Shown: one piece after another, positions 1 to 11,783 of the stretch
How positions within the stretch are numbered: position 1 is the stretch's first letter
Layout: each line of letters opens with the position of its first letter
Source: Octopus vulgaris
Taxonomy: Eukaryota
Reading direction: 5' to 3'
Assembly: GCA_951406725.2 (NCBI GenBank)
Contig: OX597815.1
Coordinates: 213,838,001-213,902,000, forward strand
Length of the DNA: 64,000 nucleotides
Translations under genes and position numbers: made by a program
Notes under the pieces: generated by a model
Databases searched by the model: none
What the model was told of the DNA's origin: nothing
The model's input: only the letters and a program-made list of their open reading frames with translations

Positions 1-45
<45 letters not shown>

Positions 46-384
46 ATCTATACAAGTATACATATATATTACATTGCATGAAATGTGTGTGTCTGTGTGT
101 ATACATGAAGAAATTATATACACGCGGGCTACCAAAAGCACAACTTGACCCGTCTAAACAAATTAAATATTATCCACTTAATGCTAAACAAGTAATTAAA
201 AATTAAATGGGGATTGACTATAGCCAACATGTGAAAGAAATAAACATTAAGAATGAATCTATGATACACCATACAAAGATGACAAGTATACTTCCCTCAT
301 CTATATCTGTATCTATATATGTATATATGTGTGTGTATGTGTGTGTATATGTGTGTGTAAATATATATACATACATAATATAAA

Positions 385-435
<51 letters not shown>

Positions 436-436
436 A

Positions 437-491
<55 letters not shown>

Positions 492-510
492 ATATACACA
501 CACACACACA
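1..510. repeat. Microsatellite cluster (TATC)n, (TA)n, (CA)n
   Basis: Directly visible arrays at 1-50 and 300-510; the ORFs here are repeat translations. Confidence 0.95.
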
Positions 511-1204
511 CTTCATTGATTTTTTTCCAATTTTATCGTAGCTGCCAGTCTACCAGTTTTCAGATAGAATCAACGAACCGTGTCAATATGTCTACATTGT
601 TTCCATTCACAAACCATTTTCCTTCCTTTTAACACTTCACATGATGCTTAGCCAATGGACCAAATAATAATAGTTCACAAAAATCTCCGAAAACAGACAA
701 GTATATTGGCTATAAGTCTATTATGTTGATGTGTTGATGATAATGATGATGGTGATGATGATGATTTTTGAAAGCGATGATTATAACGGCAAGTACGAAT
801 GATAAGAACTTTTAGCAAAAGACAATATTTTCATTATTATCAAATAGTTTTCGCTTCTGCTGATCTATTGATCACTCCTCAGAGCCTCTGCATCGTCTCT
901 CGATTTGCAAGAAACAGTTAGTAAAAGCACCTTCAACTCAAACTCTAACGTCTGAAAAGAAAAAGATGGAAAAGGTGTATAATGGAGTTATAAATTCTTT
1001 AGAACTTAAGGAAAAAAGATGATAGTCACAAAGCGGACTCTTTAATCGTAGATCTGGTCAAGAAGGCATGACAAAATCACAATTTCAACTACGTTATTGT
1101 GTCGGAATACGAACCGTTATGCTTAATTCTTTGAGCTGCAATGCTCACTCATGCACACATATATAGATAAATACGTACTTACATGCATAAATGCATTCAT
1201 ACAT

Positions 1205-1490
1205 GATGCAAGTATACTATGTGCAGTAGCTGAAGTCAGTTGCTCACATGTTAACTTAATGTTAAAGATACTGAAAAGACAACATCTATACCGAACTGAT
1301 GCGAAATTTTTGCTATAACTTTAAATTGCTACCAAAGATTATTGGAGCATTAGGCTATATGACTAATTCTCTCGAGACCAATCTTGAGAAGCTGGGTTTT
1401 ACAAAACCAGACAAAACACTCTTAAGCATAAGATTACTGTCACAAACTGTCAGAGGTGCTGTAAAACATTTCGTGAAGTTTAGGGTATAA
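1205..1490 (+). mobile_element. Decayed C-terminal fragment of an RLE-type non-LTR retrotransposon (R4/Dong/NeSL-like)
   Basis: Translation LCAVAEVSC...FKLLPKIIGALGYMTNSLETNLEKLGF resembles the E-x-S-C-P ... PIIIGALG ... LGF end of restriction-like endonuclease domains. Confidence 0.65.
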
Positions 1491-1694
1491 AATCTATATA
1501 GCAATAAGATTTCGTGCTTGCAAAAATACAGTTTCAATATTGTCAAAACCATTAGGTGAGAAAAATATCATAAATATACGGTCAGTTTAATTTCTGGGCT
1601 TTAAAACAAAAAGAGAAAATGCGTTTATCAGAAGAATTCATTCCAAGATTGCATTCACATTGATTACATTGACATTGTTTATTTAATCATTTAT

Positions 1695-1971
1695 GCGCCC
1701 TTTTCAAGCCTAGCCAGGCCTGGTCCCCCCCCCCCCCCAGCTGGATGGGACCCCAGTCCATCGCAGCGTTGCTCAAGAAACAGGAAGAAAAAGTGAGAGA
1801 AAGCTGGGGCGAAAGGGTACAACAGAGGTCGCTACCACCCCCTGCCAGAGCCTCGTGGAGCTTTAGGTGTTTTCGCTCAATAAACACACGCAACGCCCGG
1901 TCTGGGAATCGAAACCGCGATCCTCCGACCGCGAGTTCGCAGCCCTAACCACTGGGCCATTGCGCCTCCAC
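1695..1971 (-). mobile_element. tRNA-derived SINE, family C
   Basis: Minus strand starts GGAGGCGCAATGGCCCAGTGGTTAGGG (A box) ... GGTTTCGATTCCC (B box); close second copy at 35300-35597. Confidence 0.9.
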
Positions 1972-1999
1972 ACATTGACTTTGTACAATCCCATTATAC

Positions 2000-2698
2000 A
2001 AGGATGAGAATTAATATAGCGAGGACTGAGTTATTGGTCCTCTCAAGGAAGCCTTCTTAGTGGATTTTGCATGTTAACGGAATACCACTGAGACAAGTGG
2101 ATATGGTTAAGGGTCTCGGAGATGATGGGGTACAGGAGGTCGAATTGGATGCTAGAATTGCAGGCACACTAACGCACCAGCTCTAGTCTTCCATCTTCAG
2201 AAGAGATATTAGTAAGAAAGCTGAACTCTCTATCTTCAATTCGATTTTCGTGGCTTTCCTCATCCATGGTCATTAATGTGAGGTAATGAATAAAACAGTA
2301 GGATCGCGAATACAAGCAGCTGAAATGTTGTTCCTTCGAAGGATCTCTACAGTAATGTTGCTCGACAGGGTGCATAGCTCGGAGATCCGTGAGTCGCTCC
2401 AGATCGAGTTACTACTTCTCCGTATTGAGAAGTCACATCTCCGGTACTGCGGACGTGTGATTAGAATGTCGCAGAAAAGAATCGGAAGACGAATCTTCAA
2501 GCCGAACTAACCGATGGGAAACTTAAGGATATACCAAGAATGACTAGTTGGATAATATCCAGTCTCAATTTGTGACGCTGGGGAATCCAGTCGAAAAATC
2601 CAATGACGTTTATTTTGTAATGGAACCTCATGGAGGAGGTGCCTGAGCATTCTACCCTCACGACACTCACAAGAATAATGGGCAGAGATGGATGGATA
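2000..2698 (+). mobile_element. RTE-clade LINE 3' fragment (Expander/Rex3-like)
   Basis: RIQAAEMLFLRRI...DRVHSSEIRESLQIELLLLRIEKSHLRYCGRVIRM is the typical RTE post-RT region; ends in an ATGGATGGAT tail. Confidence 0.85.
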
Positions 2699-2949
2699 CG
2701 ATGTACATATTAATAATGTGTAGAGACGAATAAGCTATGAGAAAGCTAGCTTATATATAGATATATTTGATATCATTTTAAAACGAACAAATGATATCAG
2801 ATACGAAAGTTTGATATCATGAAAACCTTGATAAAGAAAATATAGACAAAATGTTAATGGCGATAAACTTTTTAAAACTACAAGAAACGGAATATGTTTA
2901 AAATGGAATATATAAAGTATCTTAGGACATAGGGTTATCTCTTATCGTT

Positions 2950-3440
2950 TATCGTTTACTTGTTTCAGTCATTTGATTGCGACCATTCTGGGGCACCAGT
3001 TTGAAGAATTTAGCCAAGTGAATCAACCCCAATACATATAATTTTTTTTAAGCCTCGTGTTTATTTTATCGGTCTCTTTTTTGCCAAACCTCTAATTTAC
3101 AACACCGGTTTTCAAGCGAGGTGGGGGGGGGGGAACAGCCACTTACACAGAGCCACACACACACACACACACACTCTCTCACACAAACACGCGCGCGCAC
3201 AGACACACATACACACACACAGCCACACACACACACGCTTAGAGCCACACACACAGAGCCACACACACATACACACACACACACATGTGCTTCTTTCAGT
3301 TTCCGCCTACCAAGTCCACTCACAAGGTTTTGGTCGGCCTGTGGCTATAGTAGAAGACACTTGCCCAAGGTGCCAGGCGGTGGGACTGAACCGGGAAGCA
3401 TCTGGTTGAGAAGGAGACTTCTTACCACACAGCCTGCGGC
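2950..3440 (-). mobile_element. tRNA/CORE-type SINE, family A, with internal (CA)n
   Basis: Minus strand has GGCTGTGTGGTAAGAAG head, GGCACCTTGGGCAAGTGTCTTC core-like motif and ATGACTGAAACAAGTAAA tail; many copies in the window. Confidence 0.85.
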
Positions 3441-4227
3441 TAATAATAACAATAAAAATGCTCTGTTGTAAAAAGAAATGTAAAAAAAAACCCCAAAAAA
3501 CCCCAGAAAATTCTATTCCGGCCCCAAAACTGATCAGGTATACTAAAACTGCTTTTCTAATCTTGAAAGTATATCACTTGTTTCAAATTTCCATATGAAG
3601 AAAAATGTCAGGATTAGATTACTGTAAATACATTAATGTTAACGTATACCCGAGAAGAAAAATAACTTTACTCTATTTATTCTGAAAAGCCACAATTAGA
3701 ATTCACTCATTTGGAAAATAAGAGATAAAATAAGAATAGAGTGAAGATTCGAGAATATGTAGTGTGTAACAGCACGAAACATAAAACACTGCGATATTTA
3801 TAAGGAAAACAAAAGGGACAAGGGACGTTTTATAGAATAACGACGAAAAATGTTTAAAATCTGCCAAATACGTATTAAGGGCAAATTAACCCAAATGTTT
3901 ATAAAAAAAATACAAAGAAAGAAACAAACTAAGAATCATCTACAGAGAGGCCAATTAGTACAAAAGAGAAGATATACGCTGTGAGGAAGAAAGAGAGGTA
4001 CGAAAGATATTACTCAAGCTACACAAACACACACACACACACACATATCACGTATGAAAGTAATAAAGAAACAAAATGCAAACGCGCTTTTTCAAGAAAA
4101 TAGCCTGAAATGTTTACTCTGTAGAGAACCAATAACCGTGAAAACAACAGAGAAGCCAGATCAACGCAAATCTCAAGATTGGCTTTTACTCATTCATAAC
4201 AGGTCTGAGCATGTCACCAGAAACCTT

Positions 4228-4657
4228 GGATCTTTTCGGTTTGACCGGCAGTTTTTTCTAGCGGTGTCATATGGAATTGTCACCCATAATTATGACCCTA
4301 GTATCGATCTATTGCATTTCAATCTGTTTTAGGGTTAGGGTTAGGGTTAGGGTTAGGGATGGGGGGGAGGGTATCTTTTTTTCTTCAGAAATGTAAATAA
4401 ACCCAATCTGTTTCTTAAACGAGGGACATATTCATACGGCACAGGATGTTTTCACCTCAATAGACGTCATTGATTGGTTGAAATTGCAGAAATTGAAGAA
4501 AAAACAACAACAAATATCTTACAAACAATAGAATTTTCTCAATAAAGCCAAGAGAAAAAGATGTTTTATAAACACATTCTACCAGTATACGAAGTTAAAA
4601 AGTGTTTAGTTACGTGGAAATTATTTTAAAAAACTGCCGTTCAAACCGAAAAGATCC
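4228..4657. mobile_element. 430-bp MITE with GG-starting TIRs, 8-bp TSD and internal (TTAGGG)5
   Basis: TIRs GGATCTTTTCGGTTTGACCGGCAGTTTT / AAAACTGCCGTTCAAACCGAAAAGATCC; TSD GAAACCTT at 4220-4227 and 4658-4665; TTAGGG x5 at 4329-4358. Confidence 0.9.
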
Positions 4658-5396
4658 GAAACCTTTACAGCGCAACTGTATAATACAATCGTATAATGTA
4701 GACCTTATAATATGAGGAACATTTCAAAAAGGAAACCCTTTCCCATTCCCGGATTGGTTTAGGAACTCTGGATTGGAAAAAATAATTTGAGTGTCGGAAA
4801 AAAAAGATTCTTGTTATACTCATTTTGATTCTGTGTTCTGAGTTCAAATCTAACGAAGGTCAACTTAGACTTCCATCCCTACGGGGCCGATAGAAGTACC
4901 AGTCAAATACTGTAGTTGATGGTATCGATTAAATTCCGCCACAGAAAACTGCCAGTCTTCTGCCTCAATGAAAAACAATTATTTCTGGTTAACTGGTCTT
5001 TGCTAAGAAAGAAATAAACGATGACATGACAGAGTGAGCTGTTTGGTTTGCATATTATATCAACTTTGTTGGTATTACTGTGTTATTTCCGAAAACATAG
5101 CAGATATATCAATTGATATTTCAATTGATGTAGCAATTCCCTGCAGATTAAGCTATGTAGACAGAGAAGAGAAATTACTAAAGAAATTAATTTGAATGAT
5201 GGATACAGAACGGAAACTATAGCGCATAATGAAAACTGTGTTGGAATGAAAACGAACGAACATCTCTTGTTGAATATTATCAACGTAACGATCAAAAATA
5301 ATAAAAAAAAAACAACACTCACTTTGGGAAAGAATTGCACACGCTCGGAATATTGACGAATTAAGCAATGAAAGGCTGCGGTAAAAATAATTCGAT

Positions 5397-5399
5397 GAA

Positions 5400-5471
<72 letters not shown>

Positions 5472-5507
5472 AATAATAATAATAATAATGATAATAATAA
5501 TAATAAT
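5397..5507. repeat. (GAT)n followed by (AAT)n
   Basis: Direct inspection. Confidence 0.95.
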
Positions 5508-6062
5508 GCCCTGACGCAGTACCAGGCAGTGGCTCTCATGGCTTCTGATCTTAACTGATTGGACGTGTTATCATGTACATTGTTTTGTCTTGGTATAAAA
5601 GATGAGCTATAGCAAATATTCTGCTCAATACCATAGATTTGTCTGTCAGTTGGTTGACTTTAACCAATTGAGCATGTCCCTTAGTGGCTGAAAATACGTG
5701 CATCTTTAATCCTGTGCAGAAGTAGTGGGGGAATATCATAGTCATATGTTGGGAAGAATTCTTTGGAGTTTGGATAATTCACCTCTGGAAACATGGGTGT
5801 TTCGTTCAACATCCTTAAACAACACTTATTCAGGGACCTTTTGAGCGGGATGGGCAACTCGACCTGAAGAAAATTCTAACTGTGCCCCTTCTGCAAGGCC
5901 ATGCGCTGTTAATCTTGATATAAGACCACCATGTCACGCACATATGGTTGTGACACATGCGTCTAGTGTACCCTTATCAGACGGGTAGTCATGAGGGGTG
6001 TATTGGGCTTCGTATGTTGGTACCCCAGTGTCACTTTGGTGGCATGCTCTGCTCGCTCACTC
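5508..6062 (+). mobile_element. 555-bp non-coding repeat (element E) embedded in (AAT)n
   Basis: GCCCTGACGCAGTACCAGGC...GCTCACTC with AAT arrays on both sides; homologous copies at 6082-6488 and 13167-13723. Orientation label is arbitrary. Confidence 0.85.
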
Positions 6063-6081
6063 AATAATAATAATAATGATA

Positions 6082-6488
6082 GTCAGTTGTTTAACCTTAG
6101 CTGGTTGAGCCTGTTCCTTGGCGGCTTACGATATGTGCATCTCTGATCACGAACAGAATTAGTAGGGGAGCATCATAGCCATGTGCTGAGAGGAATTCTC
6201 TGAGGTTTGAATAATTCACCTCTGGGAACATGGATGTTTCGTTCAACAAACCTTATTCAGGGACCTTTTGAGCGGGCTGGGTAACTCGACCTGAAATAAT
6301 TCTAACTGGGCCCCACCTGCAAAGTCATACGCATTTTATCTTGATACGAGATCACCATGTCGTGCACATATGGTTGTGATGCTTGTGCCTGGTGTACCCT
6401 TGTCATACGGGTAGTCATGATGGGTATATTGGGCTTCGTATGTTTGTATCCCAGTGTCACTTTGATGGCAAGCGCTGCTCTCTCACTC
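6082..6488 (+). mobile_element. Truncated second copy of element E
   Basis: Aligns to ~5645-6062 with the same CTCACTC-(AAT)n end. Confidence 0.85.
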
Positions 6489-6513
6489 AATAATAATAAT
6501 AATGATGATAATG

Positions 6514-6590
<77 letters not shown>

Positions 6591-6591
<1 letters not shown>

Positions 6592-6745
6592 TTCGATGCT
6601 AGCATGTGTTGGATGGTTGACAGGATCTGATGGGCTTGAAGACAACATCGTGTTCCACAACATGAACTTCCAACTTGTCTCTTGAGGTCTCTGGGTGAGA
6701 CTTGGAGCCAACTTGTACAAATGGAAAGCAAAAGTCAAACATAAA
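6591..6745 (+). mobile_element. Short insert between two (AAT)n arrays, probable retroelement 3' end
   Basis: Unique 155 bp bounded by AAT repeats, running into AAAATAATAAT; family assignment is inference. Confidence 0.4.
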
Positions 6746-7308
6746 ATAATAATAGTAATAATAATGATAACAATAATAATAATAATAATAATAATAATAA
6801 TCCTTTTTATTAAAGGCGTAAGGCCAGTAATTTCGTGGGAGGGGCAAGTCGATTATATCAATCTCAATGCAATCATTTCGTCCGCTGATATGATTGTCTG
6901 CACCGGTGGATGGCACTACCATATCACGTAATTTCACCGTCTGTTGCAAATCCTCTGGGATAGTCAACTTCGCACTGAATGCCAGAACGAAAATCAGTCA
7001 TACCGATGTAACATAATAATGACCCATACAACCGCTGGTGTCGCAAAAAGCCGGCAGATTATGAATAAATTATATATTACCGATAGTAAAAGCTTTTGTA
7101 ACGAATGATAATCAACGCATCCAACCTCAATTGGATGTGTTGTCTTGATCACTTTAAACTGCTGTATACGCCCAGAGATACCATCTCATTTCGATAACAC
7201 GTGCTTAAAGAACAGTTTAAGGTGATCTAAATATCACATCCAGTTTATGTTGGATGTATCAAACATTATTCTTTGCAAACACACTGGTACTATCGCTAAT
7301 AGCTGACA

Positions 7309-7386
<78 letters not shown>

Positions 7387-7431
7387 AGAAGTTTGGAAAC
7401 GTTACTCTATAAGATAAATTTTAATTTTCTG

Positions 7432-7488
7432 AGAGATTTTACAAGTTTCGGTTCTTCTTGAAAAAACGAACCTTATCAAAGATATTTT
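7432..7488 (-). ncRNA. Decayed minimal hammerhead-like motif (U3:A8 core)
   Basis: Minus: TTGATAA-GGTTC-loop-GAACC-GAAA-CTTG-TA; stem II intact, stem I mismatched. Confidence 0.45.
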
Positions 7489-7641
7489 TAAAAGTTAAGT
7501 GTAATAAAAAAAAGTTCATAATTGTTTCTTACTAGTCTCAACAGAGTTCACGTGGTGTTTTTTTTGTGGGGGGGGGGGTGGCATAATGGCTGTCTTATGC
7601 GTTGACTAGAATCGTTGGCTGTAATACTGATTCTAGTCAAC

Positions 7642-7940
7642 GCAGTCCCCATTTATCAGGCTTTTTCACCTTACCAATCTTCTGCAGATTGCGTGAAACC
7701 GTTGCAATACCGACACCAAGTACCTGAAACATTTCTCTGACACTTTCATGTGGGTTTTGTTCAACAATTGGTTTCCACTGTTCATTGTCAAGACTGCATG
7801 ACCATCCTCTACCCTCTTCATCTTCAAGGGTCTCATCACCACTACAGAATTTTTAAAACCATCATCATGCTATGCGATTACTTGGGGACTCCTCTCCCCA
7901 TGGTCTGTTGATATTGGCAGCAGTTTGGAAGGCATTGTGC
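7642..7940 (-). mobile_element. Mariner transposase N-terminal pseudogene fragment
   Basis: Minus translation ...AANINRPWGEES...KFCSGDETLEDEEGRG...IVEQNPHESVREM...TVSRNLQKIGKVKKPDKW, with stops. Confidence 0.85.
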
Positions 7941-8164
7941 GAGAAAATAACACACACACACACACACACACATTTATGTATATTTTTACTTGTTTCAGTC
8001 ATTTAATTAACTGCGGCCTTGCTGGGGCACCGCCTTGTGTGTCTCAAGAATATTGTTTTTCTTACTCGTATTTTTCCCTGTAATAAGTATTATTAGTAAC
8101 TATTGCGGAAATTTTTTCTCCTGCTGCTACTAAGCTATAATACTACAAGCTCATTTTAAAGCGA

Positions 8165-8380
8165 CCCTAGGCATGTGGCTTAGTGGTTAGGGTGTTGGAC
8201 TAGTGATCGCAAGATTATGGTTTCGATTCCTGGACTGGGCACGCGTTATGTTTTTGAGCAAAACACTTCATTTCACGTTTGCTCCAGTCCCTTCAGCTGG
8301 CAAAAATGAGTGATTCTGCGACGGACTAGCGTCCCATCCAAGTGAGGAATGTGTACTTCATGGAAAGAGTATATGAGACT
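8165..8380 (+). mobile_element. tRNA-derived SINE, family D
   Basis: GTGGCTTAGTGGTTAGGG A box, GGTTTCGATTCC B box, TTGAGCAAAACACTT core; relatives at 34070-34330(-), 43103-43410(+), 44135-44300(+), 57750-58050(-). Confidence 0.8.
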
Positions 8381-8544
8381 CAGTAAATATCGTTATGTTT
8401 ATACACTGTTAAACAAATTCGAAGAAAAAAGATATTTTTTTCTTCTAGGCAGGTTATCCTTGACTCAGGTGTTAACAATTCGACGTAACATTGAAGAATT
8501 AACTCATTGTGTGTAAAGTGTTTCTTTTTTCTTTTTCTTTTTTC

Positions 8545-8745
8545 TTCTACAGACACAAGGCCTGAAATTTTGGGTGAGGGTGCTAATCGATTACATCGAC
8601 TCCAATATTTGACTGGTACTTGTTCTTATTTTATCGACTTCGAAAGGAAGTCAACCTTGGCGGAATTTGAACCCAGAAGTTAAAGCCAGAAGAAACACCG
8701 CCAATAATTTTGTCGGGTATGGTATCGATCCTGAACAGCTCGCTG
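8545..8745 (-). mobile_element. SINE family B
   Basis: Reverse complement of the TTCAAATTCCGCC...TCGATAAAATAAG...AGGCCTTGTG family. Confidence 0.8.
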
Positions 8746-9111
8746 CTTATTGAGCCAACAGATAATGTTAGCGGATCCGGAAGGATGCCAGCAAAACACA
8801 AATCAGAGTTTGGACTAATGATATAAGGCATTTAGTTTCATCGTTGTCACATCCCTGCAGCCATGTATAAACGAAACTTATACATGTAATGAATGCATAT
8901 GTATAGAAGAGAATATATAAACAAGTTTGTATGTCATGTAATAAATATATGTATCGGTAGGCGACAGACGACGGTTTGAAGCCTGTATTTAAGAATATAT
9001 TAAATTTGATGATGCGAATGAGTGAAAACTATGATAAAACAGGCACACACATACACGCACACCCATGTATGTACATATATAGACGTGCACAGGCATTATA
9101 TATATATATAT

Positions 9112-9188
<77 letters not shown>

Positions 9189-9215
9189 ATATGTATATAT
9201 GTATGTATATATGTA

Positions 9216-9309
<94 letters not shown>

Positions 9310-9869
9310 TATATATATACACACGTGTGTGTCTCTGTATAGATGTATGCATATATACACGTGTATAAGCATACTAGTTATAAATATATTCTATATTCAT
9401 AAGACATTATAATGAACATGCCACAAAACGCTGAATATATGATTGACCTATATGCATTTTTCTGCATATGTACACGTTATTAGGGAATTTCTATGGGAAA
9501 GTGTTATCAAGTTGGTTAATTAGCTAAGATATAATTGCAGGAAATTTGGTAATAAACACCAAGAGTGTGTATAAGTGATAAAAGAGTGCGTTTCAGTCTT
9601 AAAAATCTCTTTCACACACCACGTTGTCGTGTGTGTTCTATATTTTGTAACTATTTACACAGCTGGCGTTTAAAACGAAAGCACTCCGTGCTTGACTTAA
9701 AGTCGGCAACGTCCCTCACACATCATAATGAAAGTCGAAGACTCCACCTTCGCCATGTCATTGCACTAAATAGAAACCTTAAAAGCCTCGGTGGTTTTAT
9801 ATTAAAGAAACAAAAAAAATAAGACTATAAGAATATAAATAAAAGATGATAGAAATAGTAAAAATATTG

Positions 9870-10930
9870 GTTTCAAATATTGGCACATGGCCAACAATTT
9901 CAATTGGATGCGTTATTTAGTTACATCGACCTCTGTACTTGACTGGTACTTTATTTTATCCACCCTGAAAAGATGAAAGGTAGAAATCAACAACAGTGGT
10001 ATTTGAACTCAGAACGTAAAGAGCCAGAAGTAATGTCTCTGAGCATTTAGGCCAAGATGCTAAACGATTAAAGCAACTCGCTGCCTTAGGACTTGTATAA
10101 ATATTCTTTTCTATTCTAGGCACAAGGCCCGAAATTTTGGGGGAGGGGGCCAGTCGATAAGATCGACCCCAATACGCAACTGGAACTTAATTTGTCGACT
10201 CCGAAAGGATGAAAGGCAAAGTTGACCTCGCGGAATTTGAACTCAGAACGTAAAGACAGAAATCAATTAAAAGCCGGTGAGCTGGCAGAATTATTAGAAC
10301 TCCGGAAAGGATGCTTTGCACTACATCTTCCGACTTATTATATTCTGAGTTCAGATTCCGCCGAGGTACACTTTGCTTTTCGTCCTTTCGGGGTGAATAA
10401 AATAAGTACCAGTTGAGACCTGGGGGTCAATATAACCGACTTATTCCCTTTCCCGAAATTCTTGGTCTTGTGGCACAATTCGAAACCATTATTATCATTA
10501 AAAATCTGATGGCGGTGAACGGTCAGAATCATTAGTGCACCGGACAAAAGTTCTTTGAAGTATTTCTTCCTACTCTGAATTAAAATTCTACCGAGATTGA
10601 CTTTGCCTTTTATCGTTTTGGAGTCGATAAAATATATAGCAGCTGAGTACTAAGGTCGATGTAATAGACTCAGTTCCTCCCACAAAGCTGCTGACTTGGT
10701 GCTAAAGTTTGAAACCATAGCTGGCAGAATCATTAGCACGCCGGACAAAATGCTTAGCGGTATTTCGTCCGTCTTTATGTTTTGAATTAGAATTCCGCCA
10801 AGATCGATTTTGCTTTATCACTCTTTCGGGGTCGATCAAATAAGAACTAGTCAACTAACTATTATAGTCGATGTAATCGATTTGTTCCTTCCTCTCAAAA
10901 CAGCTGGCCTTGTGTCAAAATTAGAAAGAA
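9870..10930. mobile_element. Cluster of five SINE B copies (two minus, then three plus)
   Basis: Units at ~9870-10090(-), 10110-10270(-), 10273-10490(+), 10510-10717(+), 10718-10930(+), each with a variant of CCTTTCATCCTTTCGGGGTCGATAAA. Confidence 0.85.
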
Positions 10931-11018
10931 TTGCCTAAATCAATAAAGCGTCTTATTCTCGCCATTCTGTATTTGACGAAGATTTATTTATTTATTATTT
11001 ATATGAGTTTTTGCGAAA

Positions 11019-11240
11019 TCAGGTCATGTTCGAGAGTGTCTCCATAGACCAATTACATAGAGCAACGTTCACCATAGATCCTGCAGTAGGCCACACATTA
11101 CAATGACGTTTACCACATACCCTCGAGTAGACTACACATTTCAGTGACGTGCAGCACAGACATCGCCGGAGACTGCACATTATTACCAGGATGTACAGTG
11201 CAAATATTGTAGCAGACGATTTGCTACAATAACATCTCAT
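11019..11240 (-). CDS. Candidate small Cys-rich secreted or membrane peptide ORF (or first coding exon 11240-11121 of a larger protein)
   Basis: Non-repetitive island; A-rich leader AAAATG; hydrophobic stretch IFALYILVIMC; RR...GKR sites; internal AGG|GTATGT donor at 11120; AATAAA copies just after the stop. No homologue recognised. Confidence 0.35.
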   Translation of the reverse strand: MRCYCSKSSATIFALYILVIMCSLRRCLCCTSLKCVVYSRVCGKRHCNVWPTAGSMVNVALCNWSMETLSNMT

Positions 11241-11650
11241 TTTCTTATTTTTTTTATTATTTCTTTCCTAGTTGTTTTGTCTTCTTTTTATTTTTAACTT
11301 TGTCTTCATCTGGTGCCTTTTTAATGATGAGCAGTGACCTTAGCGTGTGTAAATAAACTCTGTGAAAAATGATGTGTGAGGTAATGATGGGTGGGTGGGT
11401 GGTGGGTTTGTGTTTCACTAAACTGGATTTTGTGATTAGTGGAAACACTTGCAGATGTTGTTCTGGGAGCGGGGATAGAGTGGTGGTGGTGGTGGTGATG
11501 GTGTGGTGGCGGTGGTGATGGAGGCGGTGATAGTGGTGGTGGTAGTGGTGGTGGTGGTAGTGGTGGTGGTGGTTCTGTATTAGGGAGGAAAAAATTGCAC
11601 ATGCTGCTTTTTGAAGGACCTGCAAATAGAGAAATAAAGAGAGAGGGCGA
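11241..11650 (-). other. Putative splice acceptor (AG at 11621-11620) and 5' UTR portion of an exon
   Basis: Minus: CTCTCTTTATTTCTCTATTTGCAG|GTCCTTC; the pyrimidine tract partly comes from a (GA)n array, so chance is possible. Confidence 0.4.
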
Positions 11651-11736
11651 GAGAGAGAGAGAGAGTGAGAGTGAGAGAGAGAGAAAGTGGTGATGGAGAA
11701 AGAAAAAGCGAAAAAGAGAAACAAAACGACAATATC

Positions 11737-11783
<47 letters not shown>

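Noticed and set aside
850-890. Minus-strand CTGAGGA plus hairpin as a hammerhead
   Set aside because: GAAA is not positioned after stem II and no stem I/III forms.
4329-4358. True telomere
   Set aside because: Only five units, internal to a TSD-bounded MITE.
11023-11106. Plus-strand terminal exon VMFESVSIDQLHRATFTIDPAVGHTLQ*
   Set aside because: Weak acceptor tract, no upstream plus-strand exons found and no recognised homology; not fully excluded.
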